Virus record (IMG/VR): IMGVR_UViG_3300032331_003609
Location: 62,001-126,000 of that record
Strand: one strand, 5' to 3'
Length of the DNA: 64,000 nucleotides
The notes beneath the pieces are model-generated. The model made no database searches. It was given only the letters and a program-made list of their open reading frames with translations, and was not told where the DNA came from. This document shows positions 9,864 through 19,122 of the stretch, in pieces (positions within the stretch are counted from its first letter, which is position 1; every line of letters starts with the position of its first letter). The position numbers and the translations under genes were made by a program.

Positions 9864-11235
9864 CTTCGTAGAATTTTTTTAACTCGGGAAATGTCTTTAA
9901 AAAGTCAGTTCCTCTTCTTTTATCATGTTCGTCAACAAATGCTATAAAATCTTTTCTATTTTTTTCAACATCAAATCCGTCATCTGATATAGCATAATCA
10001 TAAGTTCTTTTTATCTTCTGTATTTCAACATCAGAGAATCCGTAATTATCATGATTGAATTCCGGTGTTGCATAATAGAATGCTTTTTGTGCGGCTTTAA
10101 ATATAAGCTCTTTATGTTCATCATTTAGGATTTTAACAGATTGATGCTCCGGCCATCTTAAATATGATGTATCAAGCTGTATTGCAGAAATCCAATATCT
10201 TTCCTTGTTCTGATATTTTTTCTTTAGCTGGAATATTTTTTCTATCAATTTAGAATATCCGAATACAGACATAGCATTAAAGGTTGCCATAACGTTCACT
10301 GTCACCTTTGGTAATTCAGATAAGATCATTTCTATGTTTTCAAAGAAGTGGTCAAAATCGAGCCCAAAACGTATGTACTCTGCTTGTTCTTTCCATGCTT
10401 CACATGACGTAAATACTATAAGCTCATTTACCCTTCCTTCTTCTATTATTTTCTTGCAAAGGCCAACAAATTTTTCCACCAAATTCTTAGGAATTCCGAG
10501 ATTAGTATTAATTGACAGATTTAAATTTCTATTAGGCTGGTCAGTGTTTGCTATGAATTCTAATAGCTTCCATGTATCCTTAGATAAAAGAGGTTCTCCT
10601 CCAGTTATTCTAAATGTGTGAAGATCCTGATAGAGATCTGGCCACCATTCCCAGAATGCTGCAACATAGGGATTTTCTTCCGAATGCTTATATGGTATTT
10701 GTCCTGTTTTTCTTGGCCAATCAAGATCGTTAAAATTTGTGGATGTTGGATATCCCCCGTGGGTTTCTATTTCTTCCATCCACTTAGATGAAAACATAGG
10801 ACTACAGTATGAGCATTTAAAGTTGCACGTATTGGAAAAATTAACTTCTACGTATTTTGGATTATAATCTTCGCTCCATCTTGATTCTTTAATTTCTTCC
10901 ATGTGAGGAAAGGACCAAGGTTCTGAGCTTTTAAAAATTCTATCAGAAAATGATTCAGAGTTATCTTCCACCTTCCAACAGTAATTACACTCTTCCGGTC
11001 TTTTACCCATCAACATTTCTCTTCTTACCTTCTTTTTGTGTTTGGTATTATGAAGAGCGGATGGATTATTTTCTAGTTCAGAAAGAGGTACCTTATGTGG
11101 TATAGGATGATGGCAAGAATGTGTCATTCCGTTATGTAAATGCATAGTTACCTGTGTCCATTTAGCTAGGCACATTCCACATCCTGTAGAATTTAGTTCA
11201 TTTCTCGTCTCCTCAAAAATTCTTTGATCGCTCAT
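9850..11235 (-). CDS. Radical SAM protein with twitch-like domain (paralogue of 7827..9272)
   Basis: CLAKW, CNYCW, CNFKCSYC, ITGGEP. Confidence 0.9.
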   Translation of the reverse strand: MSDQRIFEETRNELNSTGCGMCLAKWTQVTMHLHNGMTHSCHHPIPHKVPLSELENNPSALHNTKHKKKVRREMLMGKRPEECNYCWKVEDNSESFSDRIFKSSEPWSFPHMEEIKESRWSEDYNPKYVEVNFSNTCNFKCSYCSPMFSSKWMEEIETHGGYPTSTNFNDLDWPRKTGQIPYKHSEENPYVAAFWEWWPDLYQDLHTFRITGGEPLLSKDTWKLLEFIANTDQPNRNLNLSINTNLGIPKNLVEKFVGLCKKIIEEGRVNELIVFTSCEAWKEQAEYIRFGLDFDHFFENIEMILSELPKVTVNVMATFNAMSVFGYSKLIEKIFQLKKKYQNKERYWISAIQLDTSYLRWPEHQSVKILNDEHKELIFKAAQKAFYYATPEFNHDNYGFSDVEIQKIKRTYDYAISDDGFDVEKNRKDFIAFVDEHDKRRGTDFLKTFPELKKFYEDVKN

Positions 11236-12677
11236 TATGCTTTACAATTTATTAAAAGTACATTATTTCCAAGATCTTTTGTTGTAATTAGTTCATAATT
11301 CATGCTATTAATTCCATCTTTTTTGTAATCTATATTTCTTCTTTGCATTTCTGTTACAAATCTTCTCTCGTTCTTAGCTGTTGTTTTTCCCTTTGCCCAT
11401 TTATTATCAACAAATCCCTCGTCAACATGGGGCATACATTCAAAATCTCCTTCCCTTCTAAAAGGTATAGGCATATCAGTAACCGAAAAATCTCTCCTGC
11501 CAAAAAATACATTCTTGCAGTCTGCTCTTATGTCATTTATATTATCAAAAGTTTTACAGTCTTCTTCGTTTTCGAAATCAAAATGAACTATTGGTTTTAT
11601 TTTTCCGTTATGAAAATCTGAGATCTTAGATGGATCATCTATAAATTTATCAAATATAAGTAGTTCCGCAATTTCTCCTTTAAAATTTATAGGATTTGAT
11701 TTATCAGCATTAGTACCTAAGTACATTGGACTTGAATCGTCATAATTAAACATGCATTCTCTGATGTAAGTTGATTTTTTTTCTTTTATACCTTTATCAT
11801 TAGATCTTCCAAGCTCATCATTAAGAAAGAAACTAAACTTATACTCAGATTCGTTATACGATGTTGTTACCCACGACCAAACTTCATCGCTTCTTTTTAA
11901 CCAATTATAAATCATCCCTTTATTTTGTGTATGTATTATACTAGTAACAGATCTTGAATTGTTAAAATTTATTGAATAAGGACAATAGCTTTGTTTTCTA
12001 AACACTGGGAATTCTATAAATTTTTTATTATCCTCGCCTATTAGCCATTCGTTATATTTTTCATTCTGTTGTTCTGCCTTAAACAATACAGCAACTGTAT
12101 GATCTTTATTAAACAGATCCTTTATTTCTTTTCTAGCTGGAATTTTTATTGACGAATTATCTCCATTAAATATTGCTACACCTTTTTTCTTGTACTTTTT
12201 ATAGGTTCTGCAATCTGAATATCCTTCAAAATGAGCTCTATAGAAAAGGTCGTCGTCTTCCATACCCCAATCCCAGTAGTTATTGGAATACCCGTTTGTT
12301 TTTTCTACGTGTTCTTTTGTGAATAAAACAACGCCGCCAAAATATTGTTCATAATTTAGTTTAAAATCATACTTAGAAAGTTTTGTTGCGATATGAACTG
12401 GATCCTTTTCAGGATAAGAGTAGTCACAGTCTTCCGAAATTGGTATCATGTCAATATCATGCCATGCTATGTAATCACATCCATCATCGAATGCAAATTT
12501 AGCAGCAATATTTTTCATCAATCCCCGATTAAACAATTTATCGTCTATTTGATGTGCAACATAAAATTTGTGTTCTATCCCTTTCTTATTTAAAAACTCA
12601 GTTAGATGTGGAACTAGCTTTTGCAAATGCTCGTATCTATTTCTATATGGTATACAGATTCCTAATTTATGACTCAT
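11235..12677 (-). CDS. GT7 galactosyltransferase-like protein with inserted LamG-like domain
   Basis: IPYRNR, FNRG, HDID, YFGGV, GYSN.YWDWGMEDDD. Confidence 0.85.
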   Translation of the reverse strand: MSHKLGICIPYRNRYEHLQKLVPHLTEFLNKKGIEHKFYVAHQIDDKLFNRGLMKNIAAKFAFDDGCDYIAWHDIDMIPISEDCDYSYPEKDPVHIATKLSKYDFKLNYEQYFGGVVLFTKEHVEKTNGYSNNYWDWGMEDDDLFYRAHFEGYSDCRTYKKYKKKGVAIFNGDNSSIKIPARKEIKDLFNKDHTVAVLFKAEQQNEKYNEWLIGEDNKKFIEFPVFRKQSYCPYSINFNNSRSVTSIIHTQNKGMIYNWLKRSDEVWSWVTTSYNESEYKFSFFLNDELGRSNDKGIKEKKSTYIRECMFNYDDSSPMYLGTNADKSNPINFKGEIAELLIFDKFIDDPSKISDFHNGKIKPIVHFDFENEEDCKTFDNINDIRADCKNVFFGRRDFSVTDMPIPFRREGDFECMPHVDEGFVDNKWAKGKTTAKNERRFVTEMQRRNIDYKKDGINSMNYELITTKDLGNNVLLINCKA

Positions 12678-14086
12678 ATTCCTACGTTAATTTGTGTTAT
12701 ATTAGAGTTCACTATTTTCCCATGCTCTGTGAATTTTAGATCCCTTAAACCGTCGCCTTTTATCAAGCTCTCATTATTATATAGTACCTCGTTATGAAAT
12801 CTTAATTGATTCCATCTAGTTGATTTATCCTTCCATTTATTTTCAAAGAATCCATTCTCTTCGTGCTTTAATGATTCAAATGTGCATTCTCTTCTCATAG
12901 GAACATCTATATCTTGGAATTTATCTACGTTTCTTTCTACTATTTCACATTTGAATATAGATCCATCATTCCCATTTCCTGAAAGGTCTTTTAACTTATA
13001 AGATTCTATAAAATTAGAATCGTAATGTAAGTGTAGATCCCCCGAATTTTTATACTCTGAAAAATCCAATGTTTTACAAAGGCGTAAAATCTGATCTGGT
13101 GATAGTTCTTTTTCTATCACACCAAATGTGTCTATGAATCCTGAATAAAAATTAGGATCACCTTTTCTCTTAGGATTGCCTGCTCCTAGATAAAAATATC
13201 TTTGATCCTCATATGAATATGCATTTTCAAATCCCCCGGTTTCACCTAGGCATATACCATCTTGATAAACAAAAATCTTCCTAGATTTAGCATTTATTGT
13301 AACACAAATATTAGTTTGATAGTTAGGCTTTATCTCGGAGTTAACATAATATGCATCTCCGTTTTCGTCGAATGTGCAAAAATTATATCTCATAAATGAA
13401 TTATAAGATATTGCAGTATCATATCCAGGAATACTAAACGCAGTGAAATTATCAAAGTCCTTTTCAGGATCGTACATCATGCCAACAGGATTGAATGATA
13501 GAAATATTGTTATATCTTTATCAATGTCTATAGTGTTCTTTGCTCTTACATATGAATCTTTCCCGTTAAATAACAAAGAAGAGAAATTCCCGCTTCTTGA
13601 ATTTTTTAATTTCTTTGTATCAATCAATAAATTATTTCTTTTACACCTAAGAAATAAATCATCATCTTCAAATCCCCATCCCCAATATTTGTTAGAATAT
13701 CCATCTATTCTTCTAAATTCATCCATTGAAAAAAGAGTGACCCCTCCAAAATATTGATCAGCTGCAATCTTTAATTCTTTAGTATCTCCGTCAATAACCT
13801 TTGTTGCTAAATGTACAGGATAATCGGAATATGAATAATCAACATCTATCGGAATAAGATCTACATCATGAAATACAACATAATCACATCTAAGTTTTCT
13901 AGCATACTTAAATCCAATATTTAGAATCATTCCTCTATTGAATTGTCTAGCATCATCCTGATTTATTATTATGAATTCAAATGGGATTTTTTTATCCCTT
14001 AGATACATTGATATCTTAGCTCTAAATAAATTTAAATGATCCCATCTATTTCTATGTGGAATTATTATGCCTAGTTTTTTACTCAT
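12674..14086 (-). CDS. GT7 galactosyltransferase-like protein with inserted LamG-like domain (paralogue)
   Basis: IPHRNR, FNRG, FHDVD, YFGGV, WGWGFEDDD. Confidence 0.85.
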   Translation of the reverse strand: MSKKLGIIIPHRNRWDHLNLFRAKISMYLRDKKIPFEFIIINQDDARQFNRGMILNIGFKYARKLRCDYVVFHDVDLIPIDVDYSYSDYPVHLATKVIDGDTKELKIAADQYFGGVTLFSMDEFRRIDGYSNKYWGWGFEDDDLFLRCKRNNLLIDTKKLKNSRSGNFSSLLFNGKDSYVRAKNTIDIDKDITIFLSFNPVGMMYDPEKDFDNFTAFSIPGYDTAISYNSFMRYNFCTFDENGDAYYVNSEIKPNYQTNICVTINAKSRKIFVYQDGICLGETGGFENAYSYEDQRYFYLGAGNPKRKGDPNFYSGFIDTFGVIEKELSPDQILRLCKTLDFSEYKNSGDLHLHYDSNFIESYKLKDLSGNGNDGSIFKCEIVERNVDKFQDIDVPMRRECTFESLKHEENGFFENKWKDKSTRWNQLRFHNEVLYNNESLIKGDGLRDLKFTEHGKIVNSNITQINVGI

Positions 14087-14288
14087 TTATATTGTCCTTC
14101 TTTTTTCCGGAAGCTATTTCTAAGAATACAGAAAGATAATGTTGGATTCTATTGCTCCATTCATCTTTGTCAATGTCTTCCATCCACATTGAAATGTCTT
14201 CTAAAGAATTAGATATTTTTTCTAAAGCCTTAACTTTACGAATTTCTAATTCTGATCCTTCTTCGATTGTTTTTTTAGATACTGCCAT
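14079..14288 (-). CDS. Hypothetical protein
   Basis: Internal ATG (MAVSKK) of track ORF; fills operon gap. Confidence 0.6.
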   Translation of the reverse strand: MAVSKKTIEEGSELEIRKVKALEKISNSLEDISMWMEDIDKDEWSNRIQHYLSVFLEIASGKKKDNINE

Positions 14289-14299
14289 GATTTTTTGTT

Positions 14300-15145
14300 T
14301 TATATGGATATAATTGTTTTGATTAGTTTTTTCCATGATGTGTATCCATCATAGCTGTTTACATTCTTTTCGAACATAAATGCAGGATTATACACATCAA
14401 GCTTATTCTCTATTATAGCATCATACATCTTTTTATATTCAAGAGAAAATGCATATTGGGAATTTACGTCTGCTACAGCCTTGATTCTCTCCAGGCACGT
14501 AGAATCCCATTTGAAGTGGTGTACTTGAACGGAGTATTTTTCTACCGGAGCAATTAATGGATGATCCCAGCCTTGCCATTTCCATGTAGTGTATCCGTCT
14601 ATCTTTGCGTAATGTTGTCCGGGCGTTATTTCAACGTATCCTTTCATTAGGCACACCTTGTTCGGACAGGCATCACTTAGTGGATATCTAAAAAATCCTG
14701 CAAAAGGGAATTGTGAAAAAATATCTTTGTTCCTTCTTACTCTTGGAAATTCCCCATCCATTCCTATTCTATCTATAAATCCTCCTCTAACTAAATCCCA
14801 TCCATTAGTTTCGCAGTCACTTGCTATTCTTCTTGGGTGATCGTTATAAAGATGAAATTCGTCAATATCTGCAACGATCCACCAATCATTAGGATGCTCC
14901 AATTTACACAAATTGTAAATTCTAGTTACTTCTTCCCAATCAAAAATTCTGCTTTTTTGAGATCCGCAAATTTTTACATTGCTGTAGTCCTTTATTTTTT
15001 CTGAAACTAGTCTTTCTAAATCTGGATAAAGATCCGATTCGTACACATATAACAAAATTTCATCAACATTAAATTTATTATAATGTTGGATAAAATGAGG
15101 TATAAGATCAACCCCGTGTCCTATTACTGATATGACTCTAAGCAT
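14300..15145 (-). CDS. GT2-like (GT-A fold) glycosyltransferase
   Basis: HFIQHY, WWIVADIDEF DxD motif, GQH, HHFKW. Confidence 0.7.
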   Translation of the reverse strand: MLRVISVIGHGVDLIPHFIQHYNKFNVDEILLYVYESDLYPDLERLVSEKIKDYSNVKICGSQKSRIFDWEEVTRIYNLCKLEHPNDWWIVADIDEFHLYNDHPRRIASDCETNGWDLVRGGFIDRIGMDGEFPRVRRNKDIFSQFPFAGFFRYPLSDACPNKVCLMKGYVEITPGQHYAKIDGYTTWKWQGWDHPLIAPVEKYSVQVHHFKWDSTCLERIKAVADVNSQYAFSLEYKKMYDAIIENKLDVYNPAFMFEKNVNSYDGYTSWKKLIKTIISI

Positions 15146-15869
15146 TTTTTCTTTTTAGTATAGTTATACCGCTTGAAGCTGGTTTTTCTTTTAATCTACC
15201 ATAATTAAATAGATTAAAAAATTCCCATTCTTTATTATTAAAATCTTTTACAAATTGAGAAGGTCCTGAAAAATCATGGAAATCTTTCTTCTGGTCTTCC
15301 GTTACTATATAATTCTTTGAAAAGTTCGGATCGGTGTCGTGTATAGCAATTATTCCGTCCTTTTCCATTATCGTACTGTACAAATTAAAATCATTAGAAA
15401 CCCCATCATACGAATGATCCCCGTCTATAAATAAGAAGTCTATTTTAATATCCTGCATTATAAAGAAATCATAGAATGCCTTTTCCGATGTTTCTTTTAT
15501 AAATCTTGGATGAAAATTAGATCTATAAAAACCGGATTCGTCCAGCATATTAGATTGTCCTCCTATTCCATTACATGGATCTACGACATATGTTGCTCCA
15601 ATATCACCCCAATTATAATCGGGATTTCCTTCAAATATTCCCGATGAATGAAGATCTATCCTGGCCTGTGTTATAATTCTTGGAATAAATCCCCCGCCAC
15701 TTCCTATACAAACACAGTTCTTAGATCTTGTAAATTGAATTAATGAATATACTAGCAGGCCATCTCCCATATCTGTATCCGTTGCACCGTGTGACCAGCG
15801 GAAAGGTACCGGAATTTCCCCGTCGTTTGTTATCTTCCTCCTAATATAATCTGTATTCAATACCATCAT
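15138..15869 (-). CDS. Class I SAM-dependent methyltransferase (Methyltransf_24-like)
   Basis: IGSGGGF, IDFLFIDGDHSY, IIAIHD. Confidence 0.8.
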   Translation of the reverse strand: MMVLNTDYIRRKITNDGEIPVPFRWSHGATDTDMGDGLLVYSLIQFTRSKNCVCIGSGGGFIPRIITQARIDLHSSGIFEGNPDYNWGDIGATYVVDPCNGIGGQSNMLDESGFYRSNFHPRFIKETSEKAFYDFFIMQDIKIDFLFIDGDHSYDGVSNDFNLYSTIMEKDGIIAIHDTDPNFSKNYIVTEDQKKDFHDFSGPSQFVKDFNNKEWEFFNLFNYGRLKEKPASSGITILKRKNA

Positions 15870-15974
15870 TTTATTTTATCAATTCAAACGGAAAGATTTC
15901 ACCAAAATGAAACTTAGCAATAGATATAGAGTACTACATTGTATAAACGCGCGGAATTATATTACATTTACACC

Positions 15975-16757
15975 ATGGGGATAAAGATAATGACAATAGG
16001 GGATGTTCACGGAAGAGATACCTGGAAGTTTATGACCCATGGTAGTAGCTATGAGTTCGATCTATGGGTTACTATGTTAAACGAGGGTGCAAATCCAGAA
16101 GATGAGCTTTTTAAAGAAGATTACCCATATTTTGGAGTAGATAAGATTGTTTTTATTGGAGATTATGTAGACAGCTTTACAATTAGCAATGTTGAGATCA
16201 AGAAAAATTTAGAGGATATTATACTTTTTAAAAAAGCACTTCCTGATAAAGTTGTTTTACTCTGGGGAAATCATGATGTTCAGTATTTCATTCCTAATCA
16301 AATATGCAGTGGATTTAGAGCAGAGGCAAAATGGGATTTACACATTCTCTTTGAACACAATAAGGATCTTTTTCAAATGGCTTATCAGATCGACGATTAC
16401 CTTTGGACCCATGCTGGTGTTCTAAAACCCGTTCTTTCTGATATGCTAAAGATGTATCCTGAATTAAAAGAGTTTAAAACAGAAATGGACATTCTGAATC
16501 ATGCTTTTGAAATGGAAATACCGCAGATCTTTCAGGTTGATGGAGCAAGCGGAGGATGGAGCATGTATGGTGGTCCGCTCTGGGTAAGACCCAAACAGCT
16601 TGAACAATATGGTCTTAAATTAAATCAAATAGTTGGGCACACGCCACAAAAGAAATTAATAGAAATAGAAATGGGACACGGGAATAAAATTTGGTTAACT
16701 GACTATATTGAGCATAATGAAGAGTCTGATCTTATTCCATTTATATTAGAGATATGA
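15975..16757 (+). CDS. Calcineurin-like metallophosphoesterase
   Basis: IGDVHG, FIGDYVD, WGNHD, THAG, VGHT. Confidence 0.9.
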   Translation: MGIKIMTIGDVHGRDTWKFMTHGSSYEFDLWVTMLNEGANPEDELFKEDYPYFGVDKIVFIGDYVDSFTISNVEIKKNLEDIILFKKALPDKVVLLWGNHDVQYFIPNQICSGFRAEAKWDLHILFEHNKDLFQMAYQIDDYLWTHAGVLKPVLSDMLKMYPELKEFKTEMDILNHAFEMEIPQIFQVDGASGGWSMYGGPLWVRPKQLEQYGLKLNQIVGHTPQKKLIEIEMGHGNKIWLTDYIEHNEESDLIPFILEI

Positions 16758-17035
16758 AAAAAGAAATAAAAGAAAAAGCTAAAATGATAGCTAATGGAAC
16801 ATATACACCTCCCGAGAAGGAGAAGGTAGAATTGACTTTCGGGATAACAGAGAAGCAATATAAAAAATACCAAAGATGGCGAAATGCAAAAAAGAAAAAA
16901 GAAGGCGAACTTTATGTTGGTGCAATAGGTGGTGCATATTCATTCTGTTTCACGTCAACCGGTATTGGTGAGATAGTGACAGTGAAAGCAGCAGACGGTG
17001 ATGAATTAGATTTAACAGATTATAACACATGGTAA
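16754..17035 (+). CDS. Hypothetical protein
   Basis: ORF with overlapping start/stop inside operon. Confidence 0.7.
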   Translation: MKKEIKEKAKMIANGTYTPPEKEKVELTFGITEKQYKKYQRWRNAKKKKEGELYVGAIGGAYSFCFTSTGIGEIVTVKAADGDELDLTDYNTW

Positions 17036-17634
17036 TGAAAGTAATATTTTTAGATCACGATGGTGTGATATGTCTTTCCAATAACTGGGGAGGCAGAGCA
17101 AAGAAACAGAAGGAATATGGCAGAAAGATGAGTCAATCTATTAATGAACTTCCGGTAGAGGTTAGATTTGACGATTTTGACAAAAAAGCTATTGACGTTC
17201 TTAATTTAATTTTAGAAGAGACAGGAGCTGAAATAGTAGTGAGTTCAGATTGGAAGCGCTGGGCTTCAGCAGATGAACTTGGAGAATATTATGAACAGCA
17301 AGGTATTATAAAAAAACCAATTGCCTGCACTCCTTTTTTTAGGGATCTTCAGGCTGCAGGTAAAATACCAGGGTATGATGATTTTGTATGGAACAGAACA
17401 GATCAATTGGAGCAAGAAAGACATTTTGAAATTCTTGAATGGTTAAAAGAACATCCAGAGATAACACATTGGGTAGCAATAGATGATTTGAATATGGGTA
17501 TACCGGTTAGCACACATCACTACGGAGATTTTGATAGAGAATGGGGTTTAACAAATTTTGTTTGGACACCACAGGAATCCGAGGGAATCAAACAATCGGG
17601 TAAGAAAGAAAAGATTTTAGAATTTTTAAAATAA
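17029..17634 (+). CDS. HAD phosphatase, Swiss-army-knife RNA-repair type (HAD_SAK_2-like)
   Basis: IFLDHDGV, IVVSSDWK, WVAIDD. Confidence 0.75.
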   Translation: MVMKVIFLDHDGVICLSNNWGGRAKKQKEYGRKMSQSINELPVEVRFDDFDKKAIDVLNLILEETGAEIVVSSDWKRWASADELGEYYEQQGIIKKPIACTPFFRDLQAAGKIPGYDDFVWNRTDQLEQERHFEILEWLKEHPEITHWVAIDDLNMGIPVSTHHYGDFDREWGLTNFVWTPQESEGIKQSGKKEKILEFLK

Positions 17635-17639
17635 TAATT

Positions 17640-17990
17640 ATGGAATATGTACCAGTTTTTGCTTTAATGTTTGTCTTCATTGGATTAATCTCTTGGTCGT
17701 GGGTTAAAGGAATTGACCACATGAAAGAGAATCATCCAGATTATAAAGGCGATGATTTTTTGAATTGGGGAAATGAAAAGATCGACGATGAATTTAGTAG
17801 ACAAGCTCGAGCAAATCAGCCTGAGATTCTTGGTAAAAAACCTAAGACCCAGACTGATTATGCAAGGGAGCATAGCAAACCAAATCCCAAACAATTTGAT
17901 GGGATTGAAAGTGAAGAACCTTTTGTGAAAACTAGAAAGAAGAAGAAAAGAAATTGGGAAGATGAAATAGATATTGGAGGTTCAGAATAG
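17640..17990 (+). CDS. Hypothetical protein with N-terminal TM helix
   Basis: Hydrophobic N-terminus followed by charged tail. Confidence 0.6.
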   Translation: MEYVPVFALMFVFIGLISWSWVKGIDHMKENHPDYKGDDFLNWGNEKIDDEFSRQARANQPEILGKKPKTQTDYAREHSKPNPKQFDGIESEEPFVKTRKKKKRNWEDEIDIGGSE

Positions 17991-18041
17991 AAACTAAATC
18001 TATCATCGAATATATAACTCTCAATTAGTTCTTTAAAATAT

Positions 18042-18466
18042 GGGTCCGTCTGGCTTTGATCCGGATGCGAATGGTAATACTACACGCAGAGGTATGGTAC
18101 TCATCCTCTTTAATCTCGGTACAAACCAATAAACGACAACACAATAGCTCGTCAAGAAATCGGTGCATCAATTATCAACATGGCGTTTGCGAACGCTCCT
18201 GTTGCTTTAGCAGCGTAATTCTTCCCCTGGTGACTTGGGTGGAACAGTAAGTCATAAACCGGTATAGCAATATGCCAAACAGTTTTATCCTTTTTTACAA
18301 AATGGATTGGTGGTTAACGTACTTAAATCGTACGGCCCTTACTGATCAGCTTAAAACGTAGATCAAAAAATACGGAGCAGAATTAAAAACTCAGTTCTAA
18401 GCGTGTGAGACGTTAGTGTTATGATTACTTTCGGAGACAGGGGTTCGAATCCCCTCGGATCCACCA
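18042..18466 (+). ncRNA. ssrA: tmRNA with 27-aa tag DNTIARQEIGASIINMAFANAPVALAA
   Basis: 5' GGGTCCG pairs with 3' CGGATCC-ACCA; T-arm GGGGTTCGAATCCCC; tag ORF 18135..18218 after AATAAAC, ending ALAA-TAA. Confidence 0.92.
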
Positions 18467-18472
18467 TTATAT

Positions 18473-18547
18473 CGTAGGGTAGAGCAGTGGTAGCTCGACG
18501 GGCTCATAACCCGTAGGTCGGAGGTTCGAATCCTTCCCCTGCAACCA
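18473..18547 (+). tRNA. tRNA-fMet (CAT), initiator
   Basis: C1:A72 mismatch, GGG/CCC anticodon stem, encoded CCA. Confidence 0.92.
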
Positions 18548-18558
18548 AATTAAAAATC

Positions 18559-18942
18559 ATGTCTACAAATTGCAATATTTGCAGCGATAAATGTTTCGGG
18601 AAAGAGGGATATGATGGAAGTTGCTGTACAATAGAAGGACGTGACTATATTATAGGTCCTCATAGAGACGCTAAAGAATTCATTCAATCATTATCATTAA
18701 AGCTAGGAAGATCGATCAGCTATGAGTCAATATTCATAGATTATGAAGAAGGGAAAAGACTTTTTCCTGACAAATCTGCGTGGCAAAATCCTAATTCCTA
18801 TCCAGCATTTAGAGTCGATTTAAATAATTCTAGAAAACCCTGTATTTTTTATAACACAGTGGTTAAATCGTGTATGGTGTATGATATTAGACCAGAAACC
18901 TGTGAGGTGTATCAATGTGATTATCTTAAAGGTCAGATCTAA
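18559..18942 (+). CDS. YkgJ-family cysteine-cluster protein
   Basis: CNIC..C...CC and C-terminal PCIFY...CMVYDIRPETC..YQC. Confidence 0.8.
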   Translation: MSTNCNICSDKCFGKEGYDGSCCTIEGRDYIIGPHRDAKEFIQSLSLKLGRSISYESIFIDYEEGKRLFPDKSAWQNPNSYPAFRVDLNNSRKPCIFYNTVVKSCMVYDIRPETCEVYQCDYLKGQI

Positions 18943-19122
18943 TTCATTTTTCTTTCGTTGCTAAGTTTAGAAAACAAATTACAGAGGATATTTTTAACCT
19001 TAATATTTTATCCATCTAAGGACGTTTCTGTCCGTTATAAAATAAAATCGCCTTCTTTCCTGTTTAACTTAATTTCTTGAATATATAAATGAACTCGATA
19101 GAGTCAAAATTCAAAGAAATAG

